Below, piece after piece: positions 35,025-47,179 of a stretch of DNA of 64,000 nucleotides. Numbering within the stretch: the stretch's first letter is position 1; each line of letters begins with the position of its first letter. The DNA comes from Mustelus asterias. Taxonomy: Eukaryota. Location of the stretch: NCBI RefSeq assembly GCF_964213995.1, contig NC_135815.1, positions 2,542,001-2,606,000 of the forward strand, written 5' to 3'. Position numbers and translations under genes: made by a program. The notes beneath the pieces are model-generated. The model was given only the letters and a program-made list of their open reading frames with translations, ran no database searches and was not told the origin of the DNA.

Positions 35025-35300
35025 TTTTATTTATTAGTGTCACAAGTAGGCTTACATTAACACTGCAATGAAGTTACTGTGAAAATCCCCGAGTTGCCAC
35101 ACTCCGGCGCCTGTTCGGGTACACTGAGGGAGAATTCAGCATGGCCAATGAACCTAACCAGCACGTCTTTCAGACTGTGGGAGGAAACCGGAGCACCCGG
35201 AGGAAACCCACGCAGACACGGGGAGAACGTGCAAACTCCGCACGGGCCGGGAATCGAACCCGGGTCCCTGGCGCTGTGAAGCAGCGGCGCTAAACACTGA
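35025..35300 (-). mobile_element. V-SINE
   Basis: Same family as 62915-63210. Confidence 0.8.
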
Positions 35301-35659
35301 GCTCATTGTATTTCATCCATTTTCCTGTTGGCCAACCAAAGGCTCCATTTTGATTCCGTTAGAGCCCCTCCACAACACCTTGAGCAAGGAACGTATTAGG
35401 AGTGAGACTTTCAGAGGCTCGCTGTATTTCTGGTCAAGACCAGTGAGAATGTGGAAGATGTACAGTGAGGAAGGAAAAATAACCCAGAGCATTTCTGGTT
35501 GAGGTGGATACAGAGAGTGCTGCTTTTGCATGGTTAATGGGAGCAACATTGTGTTAATAGCCTCAAACATTGTCTAAATGGGTTAACAAAACCACAAGAG
35601 AAGAATTTCACATTAAGGGCAGTGCTTTGTTCTTGATATCTCATGGTAAGAGTCCAGAG

Positions 35660-36310
35660 CGAGAAGATGGTGAACAGGTTGAGAGCACGGTTAATAAAGC
35701 GTACAGCATGCTGGGATTTATTAATGGGGGTGCGGCGTGCAAGAGCAAGGAGGTCATGTCAAACCTGCAGAAAACACCAGTTCAGCCTCAGCTGCAGCTT
35801 GTGTCCAATCCACAGCACCGCACTTTGGGAAGGATGTGAAGGTTTTAGAGAGAGGCCAGCAAAGATTCATGGGAATGGTTCCAGGGAGGAGGAACTTCAG
35901 TTCTGAAGATGGATTGGAGAAGTTAGGATTGTTTTCCCTGGGAAGAGAATGTGGAGAGGAGATTAGACATGGTGGGTCTGGACAGAGTGGATCAGGAGAA
36001 ACTGTTCCCGCTCATGAAATGATCAGAATGAGAGGGCACAGATTTAAAGGAATTAGTAGAAGAAGCAACAGTGACACGAGGAGAAACTTTTCCACACAGC
36101 GAGTGGTTGGGGTCTGGAATACGCTGCCTGAGAGTGTGGTGGAGGCCGGTTCAATCGAGGCTTTCGAAAGTGGATTAGGCTGTTGTCTGGAAAGGAAGAA
36201 TGTGCAGGGTTCTGGGGTAGAAGGCGGGAGAATGGGTGAATGACTCACTGAGAGAGCCAGCACAGACCCGATGGGCCAAACATCCTCCTCCTGCACTGTA
36301 ACAATTCTGA
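35660..36310 (+). mobile_element. Old CR1 3' fragment
   Basis: KAYSMLGFI, RNFSTQRVVGVWNTLP. Confidence 0.8.
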
Positions 36311-37769
36311 GATTTATCCACCCTCAAGCCCCACCTCCACCCAATTTCCCTGTCCCACTTTAAAATGTTGTTTAAAATCCCCTCCCTCCCTCTCTTCCTC
36401 CCTCCCATCCTGTACATTGCCCAGAGGTTGAAGGGGAAGAAACACACGCACTGGGGCCAATTTTACCAAATCGGCTCTAAGTGCCGGGTGCGGTCGTAAA
36501 TCAGACCCGCGCCCGGCAGCCGCGCTCCGGCGCCCCCATACGCCTTTTTTCGGCGCGGGTCCAGTGGGCGGGGCCCAGCGCATTTGCATCTGTCGGAGCG
36601 CCGAACCGCGCATGCGCAGCCCGGAACCGCCAGCACTCAGCGCGCCCGAGCGCGGAAGTCAAAGGCAGCGCTGACAGCAATGCTCTCTGCACTGCCTCTG
36701 ACTTTCCCTCGTGGGTGGGTGGGGGGGGGGGGGGGGGGGGGTGGGATGTGACGTCTCCGCCCTCCCCAGGGGCAGAGACGTCACATACCCCCCACCCCCC
36801 CCCCCCCACCCCTCAGGGAATAGACGTCACATCCCCCCCCCCCCACCCACCCCCCGCCCCCCCCCCCCCCCAGTGAAGAGACGTCATCCTACCCATCAGG
36901 ACCCCCGGAGCAAGGCCAGGATCCAGGATCACAAGATGCTTTCGACGGACACCAGCGATCAAGGTAGGTCAGGGGCCCGGGGGGTCCAATCCCGGGGGGG
37001 CGGGGGGGGGGAGGGGGGCAGCTGGCGGGGCCTGCGTCCCAGGGTGGTCCGATCGGGGGGGGTGGTGGGCTGCCGGGGTGGTTCGCGGGGGCGGTCCGCG
37101 AAGGGTGGTCGGGGGCGATTCGGCGGTTCAGTTGCTGAGTTGAAGCCCTATCGGACTTGAATTCAGCAACATGGTAAATGCGCGGCGCCGATCGGATCGG
37201 AGCCTCATAAAGTGGGAATCCTCGGGTAAGTTGGGCGCGGGCTTCATTGTGCCGATTTAAATGCATGCAAATGCATTTAAATCGGCCCGCTGGCCGATTC
37301 GGGCACGCGCCGGATCGGCTCCCAGATCAGCCATTGCTAAAGGCGCAATTGGCCTTGGGTTGGGTCTGGACCACGTTGTAGGCCCGATGCCCAACTTTAC
37401 CACTGATGCACCTCAATGAGCACCCGGAAACAAGGCTTTAGAACTGAAGGCTTTAATACATTAACAATGAAACTACTAACACAAATTCACCCGTTCAGAC
37501 TGAAGGGGTCCTGCCGGAGCAGGGGGTCTTATACCCTGCCACCGGAGGCGGGACCCCACTGGAGTGTGCCATGATAACACCCAGGACAGGTAAACACCCT
37601 ATCCCAACAACATAGTACAACCCCCATAACAACAACACCCTAGCCCAACAGTAATACAATAACAACCCCAGTGGTGAACCAACGATGGTTCACCACATTC
37701 ACCCCTCCTTTAGGAACCAAAGGTGGCGGGGTGGATGAAAACAGACAATGACAAAAAAAATAACAGGAT

Positions 37770-38940
37770 TCACAAGTCCAGACGGTCTGGAGGACCACAC
37801 CGACGCTGCGATCTTCTCAACACCGGTTGCGAAACCGGAGCAGGTGCTTGCGGTGGCTCTCTCAAAACAACATCTGGCTGTCCCCTCAAAGACTCCCGGG
37901 CCGGCCGGCCCTGATGAGGCGATGGTGTAGGGGATCCTGGAACGTTTGGTGGTGGTGGTGGTGGTGATGATGGTGGCGCCGATCTCCGAGTCTCAGGCAA
38001 GCTGTACATGGGAGTAAAAGTGTTATGCACTGGTCCCGGTGCTGACCGCGCCACGTCTGGGGAAGTAATGAGGAGTAGTGGATCTGTGACTGGGGGAATA
38101 GGAGCGACAGGAGTTGCTACGTCCCCTGCGGGCGCCAGGTCTCTAATGGAGACAGTGTCCTCTCGCCCGTCAGGATATGCCACATAGGCATACTGAGGGT
38201 TGGCGTGGAGGAGTTGGACCGGTTCGACCAAGGGGTCGGACTTGCGAGCCCTCACATGGCGCCGCAGAAGGACGGGTCCTGGGTACGTCAACCAGGCTGG
38301 CAATGAGGTCCCCGAGGACGACTTCCGAGGGAATGAGAACATCCTCTCGTGGGGAGTAGCATTGGTTGCCGTACACAGGAGGGAGCGGATAGAATGGAGC
38401 GCAGTTGGAAGGACCTCCTGCCACCGGGAGACTGGAAGGCCCTTGGATTTCAGTGCCAGTAGGACAGCCTTCCAGACTGTAGCATTCTCCCTTTCCACCT
38501 GTCCGTTACCCCTAGGGTTGTAGCTCGTGGTTCTACTAGAGGCAATCCCGAATGAGAGCAGGAATTGCCTCAAGTCGTTGCTCATGAACGACGAGCCCCT
38601 GTCGCTATGAATATAGCAGGGGTACCCGAACAGGGTAAAAAGCTCACTGAATGCCTTGATGACGGTGGCAGTCGACGTGTCCGCACAGGGGAAAACAAAC
38701 GGAAACTGGGAAAATTCGTCTATTATGTTAAGAAAATAGACATTCCGATCCGTTGAGGGAAGGGGGCCCTTAAAATCTACACTCAGCCTCTCAAAAGGGC
38801 GAGTGGCCTTGACCAAATGTGCCCGGTCTGGTCGATAAAAGTGTGGTTTGCATTCTGCGCAAATCCGACAACTTCTAGTAACTGACCTGACCTCCTCCAC
38901 CGAGTAGGGTAGGTTGCGGGCTTTTATGAAGTTCAGTGAG
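37770..38940 (-). CDS. Gypsy integrase (N-terminal HH lost, out of frame with RT)
   Basis: CRIC, VDFKGP, IHSDRG, GQVER (DDE core). Confidence 0.9.
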
Positions 38941-41157
38941 TGGGCGCATACGGTCTGGATCAGGGCCAATGACCCCGTTTTCCACCACGTATCCGAGGAT
39001 GGCTAACCTATGCGTACGGAATACGCACTTCTCCCTGTTATAGGTCAGATTCAGGCGAGATGCAGTGCGTAGAAAGTGTTGGAGATTCGTGTCGTGGTCC
39101 TGCTGGTCATGGCCGCAGATGGTGACGTTATCCAGGTACGGGAAGGTAGCCCGCAACCCGTTCTGGTCCACCATTCGGTCCATAGCACGCTGGAAGACCG
39201 AGACCCCATTGGTGACACCAAATGGAACCCTGAGGAATTGGTATAGACGACCATCCGCCTCAAAAGCCGTATATTGTCGGTCCTCTGGGCGGATGGGGAG
39301 TTGATGGTAGGCGGACTTAAGGTCTATGGTAGAAAACACTCGGTACTGCGCAATCTGATTGACCATATCAGAAATGCGCGGGAGAGGATACGCATCCAGC
39401 TGCGTGTATCTATTAATGGTCTGACTATAGTCGATGACCATCCGAGGTTTGTTCCCGCTTTTGACTACCACGACCTGCGCTCTCCACGGACTAGCACTGG
39501 CCTGTATGATCCCTTCCTTGAGGAGCCGCTGAACCTCAGATCTAATAAAGATCCGGTCCTCAGCGCTGTAACGCCTACTTTTAGTAGCGATGGGCTTGCA
39601 GCCAGGTACCAGATTTTTAAAAAGGGATGGTGTCGTGATCTTCAGGGTGGATAGATTGCACGCGGGGCGCTTTGGGCAATTTGGAGGCTGCGGCTGGTTC
39701 CCTACTGCCAGTGAAGGGAGTGGCCCACCGTACTGTAGGATCACACTCCTCATGTGGGCCATAAAGTTTAGTCCGAGGAGAATTGGCGCGCAAAGGTGAG
39801 GTAGCACAAGGAGCCTGTATTGCTCGTAAACTGTGCCCTGTACCTCAAGAGTTACCATACATTGTCCTTGGATCGGTACAGACCGGGACTGTGATGCCAT
39901 GGAAATTGTCTGTTTGGCAGGGAGAACCCGGAGTCCACACCTTTTAGCAGTTTCAGGGTGTATGAAACTTTCGGTGCTCCCACTGTCAAACAGACAATTT
40001 ACAGTTCTGCCACTAACCTTTACCTCCATCATGGAATGTTCCAGTCTGTAATGCCTGGTCTGATCCAGAGAGATCGACGCCACCGTTGGCCCCTGGGTGT
40101 CACTGCATGCTGCCGATGTGGATGCTGAGGACCCCTGCTGGTCGCTGCTGCATGCTGCCGATGTGGATGCTGAGGACCCCTGCTGGTCGCTCCTAGTCGT
40201 CGTGGACCATGATGGCCGCCCCCATGAATCGCATGTGGCCGAGGGCTCCAAGCGCAGCGACTCCTGGTGGTCTTCCTCCTCCTCTGTCTGCCACGATGGC
40301 GCCGTCCTGAGATCGCACGTGGTCGGACCTCGTGGGTACTGCAGCGCCGAAAGAGATGGTCTCCGTTCTGGAGGGTTACAAGCTGCACTGCCGTTTTTAG
40401 GTTTGGACCTGCAGACTTTGCCGTAGTGGCCTTTTTTACCGCACTGGCTGCAGATTGCCGTTCTTGCCGGACACTGTTGCCGTGGATGCTTGGCCCCACC
40501 GCAAAAATAGCATCGCTGGCCACCTGGAGCTGCCGCCGTCGTCGAATCGATCTGGGAGCGCGGGTTCGCGGGGCGAGGAGGGAGCAGAGCTTGCTCCAAC
40601 CACGTTGACTGCACGTGGTCCTCGGGGTACAGCGCCAAGCTCTTCGACGCCGCCTCCAACCTCACGGCCATCCCCATTGCCTGGGTCAAGTTGAGTTTCC
40701 CCTTTTCTAATAATTTAAGTCTGATGTACGAGGACCCTACCCCTGCTACGAACGCGTCTCGGGCGAGGTCTTGCATGTACTGCTCGGCGGAGACATCCTT
40801 ACAGTCACAACCCCTGGCAAGCTGCAGGAGTTCATTGGCGTAGTCTTCTATGGTCTCGCCCGACTGCCGACGTCGTGTAGCGAGGAGATAACGAGCGTGA
40901 ATCTCGTTGGGTGGCGTAATGTACCTATTCTTTAGGAGCTCGACGGCACCCTGGTAAGTGGAAGCTGCACGAATGGCTAGGTAAATCGTGTCGCTTACCC
41001 TTGCGTGGAGGACCTGGAGTCTATCACTGTCTGTAGTGATAGCTACCGAGGCTGCCAGGTAGTCCTCGAAGCACTTCCACCAATGTTCGAACGTGTTAGC
41101 TGCACCGACCGCACGTGGGTCCAGTGTCAGACGATCCGGTTTTAGGATCTGTTCCAT
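38875..41157 (-). CDS. Gypsy gag-protease-RT (truncated by deletion)
   Basis: MEQILKPDRL..., two CCHC knuckles, LFDSGS protease, RT motifs IDLKSAYHQ, PFGV and YLDN. Confidence 0.92.
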   Translation of the reverse strand: MEQILKPDRLTLDPRAVGAANTFEHWWKCFEDYLAASVAITTDSDRLQVLHARVSDTIYLAIRAASTYQGAVELLKNRYITPPNEIHARYLLATRRRQSGETIEDYANELLQLARGCDCKDVSAEQYMQDLARDAFVAGVGSSYIRLKLLEKGKLNLTQAMGMAVRLEAASKSLALYPEDHVQSTWLEQALLPPRPANPRSQIDSTTAAAPGGQRCYFCGGAKHPRQQCPARTAICSQCGKKGHYGKVCRSKPKNGSAACNPPERRPSLSALQYPRGPTTCDLRTAPSWQTEEEEDHQESLRLEPSATCDSWGRPSWSTTTRSDQQGSSASTSAACSSDQQGSSASTSAACSDTQGPTVASISLDQTRHYRLEHSMMEVKVSGRTVNCLFDSGSTESFIHPETAKRCGLRVLPAKQTISMASQSRSVPIQGQCMVTLEVQGTVYEQYRLLVLPHLCAPILLGLNFMAHMRSVILQYGGPLPSLAVGNQPQPPNCPKRPACNLSTLKITTPSLFKNLVPGCKPIATKSRRYSAEDRIFIRSEVQRLLKEGIIQASASPWRAQVVVVKSGNKPRMVIDYSQTINRYTQLDAYPLPRISDMVNQIAQYRVFSTIDLKSAYHQLPIRPEDRQYTAFEADGRLYQFLRVPFGVTNGVSVFQRAMDRMVDQNGLRATFPYLDNVTICGHDQQDHDTNLQHFLRTASRLNLTYNREKCVFRTHRLAILGYVVENGVIGPDPDRMRPLTELHKSPQPTLLGGGGQVSY

Positions 41158-41671
41158 ATTCTCAGTTAATGTATTAAATTGATGCACCTCAATGAGCACC
41201 CGGAAACAAGGCTTTAGAACTGAAGGCTTTAATACATTAACAATGAAACTACTAACACAAATTCACCCGTTCAGACTGAAGGGGTCCTGCCGGAGCAGGG
41301 GGTCTTATACCCTGCCACCGGAGGCGGGACCCCACTGGAGTGTGCCATGATAACACCCAGGACAGGTAAACACCCTATCCCAACAACATCGTACAACCCC
41401 CATAACAACAACACCCTAGCCCAACAGTAATACAATAACAACCCCAGTGGTGAACCAACGATGGTTCACCACAACCACGTGCGAAATTTTGGTAAAACCG
41501 GGCCCACTGGCTGGCTGGAGAAAATATTCAGCATGTAGAATCTGCACTGTACCACCAGAGGGCACTGATGTTCCACACACCTCATACTGGCTGCATCGCA
41601 AAGGGGCTGAGATTTCTACAATATAAAACACACTGGACTCATACTTTCTGAGCACGAGCTCATCTAAACTC

Positions 41672-42217
41672 AGTAAGAAGTTTAACAACACCAGGTTAAA
41701 GTCCAACAGGTTTATTTGGTAGCAAAAGCCACACAAGCCTTCGGAGCCTTAAGCTCCTTCCTCAGGTGAGTTGGAATTCTGTTCACAAACAGGGCATATA
41801 AAGACACAAACTCAATTTACAGAATAATGATTGGAATGCGAATACTTACAGCTAATCAAGTCTTTAAGGTACAAACAATATGAGTGGAGAGAGCATTAAG
41901 ACAGGTTAAGGAGATGTGTATTGTCTCCAGACAAGACAGCCAGTGAGACTCTGCAGGTCCAGGCAAGCTGTGGGGTTACAGATAGTGTGACATGAACCCA
42001 AGATCCCGGTTGAAGCCGTCCTCGTGTGTGCGGAACTTGGCTATCAGTTTCTGCTCAGCGACTCTGCGCTGTCGTGTGTCGTGAAGGCCGCCTTGGAGAA
42101 CGCTTACCCGAATATCAGAGGCCGAATGCCTGTGACCGCTGAAGTGCTCCCCACAGGAAGAGAACAGTCTTGCCTGGTGATTGTCGAGCGGTGTTCATTC
42201 ATCCGTTGTCGTAGCGA
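41672..42217 (-). mobile_element. Penelope-like 3' fragment (GIY-YIG C-terminus + pLTR)
   Basis: LRQRMNEHRSTITRQDCSLPVG; hammerhead-like motif at 41732-41768 (GAAA changed to GAAG). Confidence 0.85.
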
Positions 42218-43529
42218 TGTGACGGGGGTGAGGGGTAGGGCAGGGATTGAGGAGGGGGTTGGGGAGGGGGTGAGTGGTGGGGGTGGGGCAGGGGGTGAGG
42301 AGGGGGTTGGGGAGGGGTGGCGGTGGGGCAGGGGGTGAGGGGGGGTTGGGGATGGGGTGGGGGTGGGGCAGGGGGTGAGGAGGGGGTTGGGGAGGGGGTG
42401 AGGGGTGGGGCAGGGGGTGAGGGGTGGGGCAGTGGGTGACAGTGGGTGATGGAATGCCAGCGTGGTTCTGGGTATTCCAGTCCCCTTGCTCACTGACTGC
42501 TGACTTTCACACTCGGTGCCCGCACGCTGTTACTCCCTTTGCCAGTGCGAGATTCGCTGGCACTCTGGGGAATGAAGATTGGGGACAGTGAGAGCAGGGA
42601 CAGCATCACCATTGACAACTGCAGAGAAACGCCATCTGATTTTAATTACCCGGTGGAGCCAAGTTGAAGACAGATGTTTACCTTGAAGGAGCGTAAAGAG
42701 ACAGATTCGAACATTCATTTCCATGCATTTTGAACAAAGGTGCTGATAAAAGCCAGGTGGCTGCCTGCGGCACACATTCAGCGTACACACTTCACCGAGG
42801 GACAGCCTCCAGCCCCACTGCTTAATGAGAGCTGTCACATGTTATTTAGAGGAAGTTTATTATTTTAGCAAGTCTGATGGAATCTGACAACCCTGACTCT
42901 TCAGAACAGCACATGATTGGCTGAAGCAGATGAGACTTCAGGGGAGTCGACCCCTGACCCCTGTCGTTTAGTCAGGGAGCAGGAGATCAGCTTTGGATCT
43001 TCACTGATCATTTCAGACCATTTCCCATCTGTGATTCTGACTTGAGAGAGAAACTTGACTTGCTCAACGTCTCAGCGTTCAACTGAGAGTGAAGAGGGAG
43101 TTAGGAAACGGAGATTGTTGGCATCAAAATAGAAGCAGATCCGACTGATTCAACTTATCAAACCAGTTGGGCGAAATAGTCCGTGTGGTAAAATAGATGA
43201 TTCCATATCAACAGCCCCATTCCCAAGCCTCTGATATCAGTGAATGTTGAACAGTCAACGTGTGATCACCAGAGGACAATTTCACCCCATCTGAAACTTG
43301 CCAAAAACAGACCAGTAAATCTCGGCGCAACAAATTCCCCCCAAACAGCAACCTGATCACTGCACGCTAATCTGTTTCTGTCTAGTCGAATGGGGGATAA
43401 ACCTTTGGCAGAACACGAGGGAGATCTCCTCTACTCTTCAAAGCAGTGGCACAGGAACTTTCTCATCACCAGGCAGAGCAGATAGGGTCCTCGTTCCAAT
43501 ATACCACCCAATTACAGAACCAGTGAAAA

Positions 43530-43864
43530 CACAGTTCTCCCTCAGTCCCAGCACAGCTCTCCCTCAGTCCCAGCACAGCTCTCCCTCAGTCCCAGCACAG
43601 CTCTCCCTCAGTCCCAGCACAGCTCTCCCTCAGTCCCAGCACAGCTCTCCCTCAGTCCCAGCACAGCTCTCCCTCAGTCCCAGCCCAGTTCTCCCTCAGT
43701 CCCAGCCCAGCTCTCCCTCAGTGCCAGCCCAGCTCTCCCTCAGTGCCAGCCCAGATCTCCCTCAGGACCAGCCCAGCTCTCCCTCAGGACCAGCCCAGTT
43801 CTTCCTCAGGACCAGCCCAGCTCTCCCTCAGGACCAGCCCAGTTCTTCCTCAGGACCAGCCCAG
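43530..43864. repeat. 20/21-bp minisatellite grading from CAGCTCTCCCTCAGTCCCAGCA to CAGTTCTTCCTCAGGACCAGCC
   Basis: Visible tandem units with progressive sequence drift. Confidence 0.9.
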
Positions 43865-43984
43865 GTATTTCAGGCAAATTATAAACTCAGCTATATCACT
43901 GTTCCTTCCACGTTGTTGGGTCAAAGACCATAAAATCCCTTCCCTCCAGCACAGTGAATACACGAGGCCAGCTCATCATCACAG

Positions 43985-45240
43985 AGAAACATAGAAAATG
44001 GGTGCAGGAGGAGGCCTTTCGGTCCTTCGAGCCTGCTTCACCATTCAATGTGACCATGGATGATCATGCACTCTCGGTATCCCACTCCCACTTTCTCTCC
44101 AGACCCCTTGATCTCTTTAGCCACAAGGGCCACGTCCAGCTCCCTCTTGAACATATCTAATGAACTGCCCCCAACAGCTTTCTGTGGGAGAGAATTCCGC
44201 AGGTTCACAACTCTCTGAGTGAAGAAGTTCCTCCTCATCTCAGTCCCGAATGGCTTTCCTCTTATTCTTAGACTGTGACCCTAGTTCTGGACTTCCCCAA
44301 CATCAAGAACATTTTTCCCACATCCAGTCTGTCCTGTCCCATCAGGATTTTATATGTTTCTATGCACTCCCCTCTCATTCTTCTAAATTCCAGTGAGTCC
44401 AAGCCCAGTCGATCCAATCTCTCTTCACAGGTCAGCCCTGCCATTCCAGGAATCACATGGTCTGGAATGGGGGGGGTGGGGGTGAGTTAATAGGTTGTGA
44501 TGAACAAAGCATCGTAGCTGTGAGGGACAGCTCGGTGGATAGGATATTAGTATGTAGATAGGCTGGAAAATTGGGCGGGGATCCTGGATTCAGGATTCAA
44601 TCCTGGACCGGGGAGCAGCGTGGGCTTGGAGGGCCGAAGGGCCTGTTCCTGTGCTGTATTGTTCTTTGTTCTTGTTCTTTGAATCAGTCTGGTGAACCTT
44701 CGCTGGACTCCCTCAATACCAAGAATGTCCTTCCTCAGACCAGGAGACCAAAACTGCGCACAATACTCAAGGTCTGGCCTCACCAAGGCCCTGTTTAACT
44801 GCAGCAAAACATCCCTACTCCTACACTCAAATCCTCTTGCTATGAAGGCCAGCATGCCATTAGCTTTCCTCACCGCCTGCTGTACCTGCATGCCAACCTG
44901 CAGTGACTGTTCCACCATGACACCCAGGTCACGTTGCACTTCCTCTTTTCCTAAACTGCCATCATTCAGATAATAATCTTCCTTCCTGCTTTTGCCACCA
45001 AAATGGATAACCTCACATTTATCCACATTATATTGCATTTGCCAAGTATTTACCCACTCAGCCTGTCCAAGTCACCCTGCAGCATCTTAGCATCCTCCTC
45101 ACGGCACACACTGCCACCCAGCTTAGTGTTGTCTACAAATTTGGAGATATTGCATTCAATTCCTTCGTCCAAATCATTAACGTATATTGTGAACAGCTGG
45201 GGTCCCAGCACTGAACCCTGTGGTGCCCCACTCGTCACTA
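43985..45240 (-). mobile_element. CR1 3' fragment with a plus-strand LINE-tail insert at 44452-44680
   Basis: ORFs 45050..45238, 44547..45038 and 44268..44456. Confidence 0.9.
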
Positions 45241-45489
45241 ATCACACAAAGCACTTACTCCAATAGAGGAGAAATATGCTTCAGGACAGACCCTGGTATA
45301 TTATCCACTCTGTGTCATATTGAGATCACAATATCCTGTGCTATCAGCAAGAGGCAATGTGCCAATAAGCTGTCACATGATAGACAAACACATACATACA
45401 TGTATATACATACATGTATATACATACACACATATATACACGCACATACCTATCCATACACAAATACACGCACATACATATACATATTC

Positions 45490-46328
45490 TGATGCTACTG
45501 TGCCTTTAATAAATGTATTTCAATCATGTTTTTCTGCAGGATGTTTTAGCAGTCCTTGGGGTTTTGTCGGAGTTGTGTTGTCTGTAGCTGGTGTCCTTTA
45601 TTGTTATTGAAGCAGCATAATGTTTGTTTTAATCTGAACTAATGCAGTGTTCTATTGATTCAGTGTTCCCCTGGGATTGCAGAGTAGAGTTTGATTGGGG
45701 GTGATTGACAGGTCAGATCATGTGACTGAGGACAGCTATGCTTTTCAGAGAGAATTCCAGCTTAGTTTCATTTTCAGAAGCTGCCGGGAGCTGAGAGAAA
45801 CAGCAGTGTGTTCCCCCTCTCTGGAGTTGGAGGTTTGCTGTCGAAATGTTGCTGTCTAAATGCTGCTTTTGAGTTAGGAGAGAGCAGTCTCTCTCTTTTC
45901 CCCTCTCTGTAGTCTGGAGCCTGGAAAGCTGCCAGAGACTGGGTTTACCTCTCTGAGGTTTGGCCGTTTTGAGGGTATATCCTTCTCTGAATATTGCTGG
46001 CTTGGATTTCTGTCCATAGGTGTTACAAAGCTCTAAATCCAGCATCACCTGAGCATACTTGTATTAGTGCTGACGAATTCTGAAGAAGAGTGTGTGTCTG
46101 TGGGGTATTGCTTTGAATTGGAACAACAGAGATAGCTAGCTGCTAAGAATTATACTGTGTCACCTTTAAGTCTTGTAGTTAGAAAAAGTTATTGCTGTTT
46201 TTTCCTTATTATATGTTAACTGTGCTCTTAAATAAACTCTGTTTGATAAAAGCTTCCAAGTGGGTCACTTGAATCATACCTGGAGTGAAACACCTTAAGC
46301 TCACTCTAACACCAAAATCAAATATAAC
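45490..46328 (+). mobile_element. Solo-LTR-like interspersed repeat
   Basis: Homologous to 21338-21812 + 29799-30114; contains AATAAA. Confidence 0.65.
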
Positions 46329-46364
46329 ACACGCACACACACAGATTTACTATTGGCACAAATA

Positions 46365-46640
46365 GGCTTACATTAACACTGCAATGAAGTTACTGTGAAA
46401 ATCCCCTAGTCGCCACACTCCGGCGCCTGTTCGGGTACAGTAAGAGAGAATTTAGCATGGCCAATGCATCTAACCAGCACATCTTTTGGACTGAGGGAGG
46501 AAACCGGAGCACCCGGAGGAAACCCACACAGACACAGGGAGAACGTGCAGACTCCACACAGACAGTGACCCAAGCCAGTAATTGAACCCGGGTGCCTGGC
46601 GCTGTGAGGCAGCAGTGCTAACCACTGTGCCACTGTGCCC
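46365..46640 (-). mobile_element. V-SINE
   Basis: tRNA head and V core. Confidence 0.85.
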
Positions 46641-46834
46641 ACCCCTCACTAACATACACACTAACACATAAACATACACACATTCACACACACTCTCATA
46701 AACATACATTCACACACAACATATGCATGTACACACAAACACATAAGACATGCACACACACTCAGATATACCAATACACTCACACATATATATACAAATA
46801 CACACATAGAAGCATGTGCACACACTCATATTAG

Positions 46835-47175
46835 AGGAGGCGATGGCCTAGTAGTATTATCACTAGACTATTAATCCAGAAACTCAGCTAATGTTCTGGG
46901 GACCCTGGTTCTGGCCACGGCAGGTGGTGGAATTTGAATTCAATAAAAAGTATCTGGAATTAAGAATCTACCGATGACCATGAACCTATTGTCGATTGTT
47001 GGAAAAACCCATCTGGTCACTAATGTCCTTTAGGGAAGGAAATCTGCAATCCTTACCTGGTCTGGCCCACATGTGACTCCAGAGCCACAGCAATGTGGTT
47101 GACTCTCAATTGCCCTCTGAAATGGCTGAGCAAACTATTAAGTTCAAGGGCAACTAAGTTGGGCAATAATAAATT
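46835..47175 (+). mobile_element. DeuSINE/SacSINE1-like SINE; another copy at 48878-49220
   Basis: tRNA-like head; core CCTTACCTGGTCTGGCC...GTGACTCCAGAGCCACAGCAATGTGG. Confidence 0.75.
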
Positions 47176-47179
47176 CTCA

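Larger units (their letters stand above)
37404..41473 (-). mobile_element. Young Ty3/Gypsy LTR retrotransposon with an internal deletion
   Basis: 294-bp LTRs at 37404-37697 and 41180-41473 (TG...CA, 1 mismatch); 5-bp TSD ACCAC; PPT AAAGGAGGGGTGAA next to the 3' LTR. Confidence 0.97.
36453..41505. mobile_element. GC-rich non-autonomous DNA transposon (MITE) hosting the Gypsy insertion
   Basis: Imperfect TIRs GGGGCCAATTTTACCAAA / TTTGGTAAAACCGGGCCC; the direct repeat CACTGG overlaps both ends. Confidence 0.65.

Noticed and set aside
21070-36450. Terminal cytoplasmic exon(s) of the Ig receptor
   Set aside because: No convincing phase-0 exon with a signalling motif could be identified by eye
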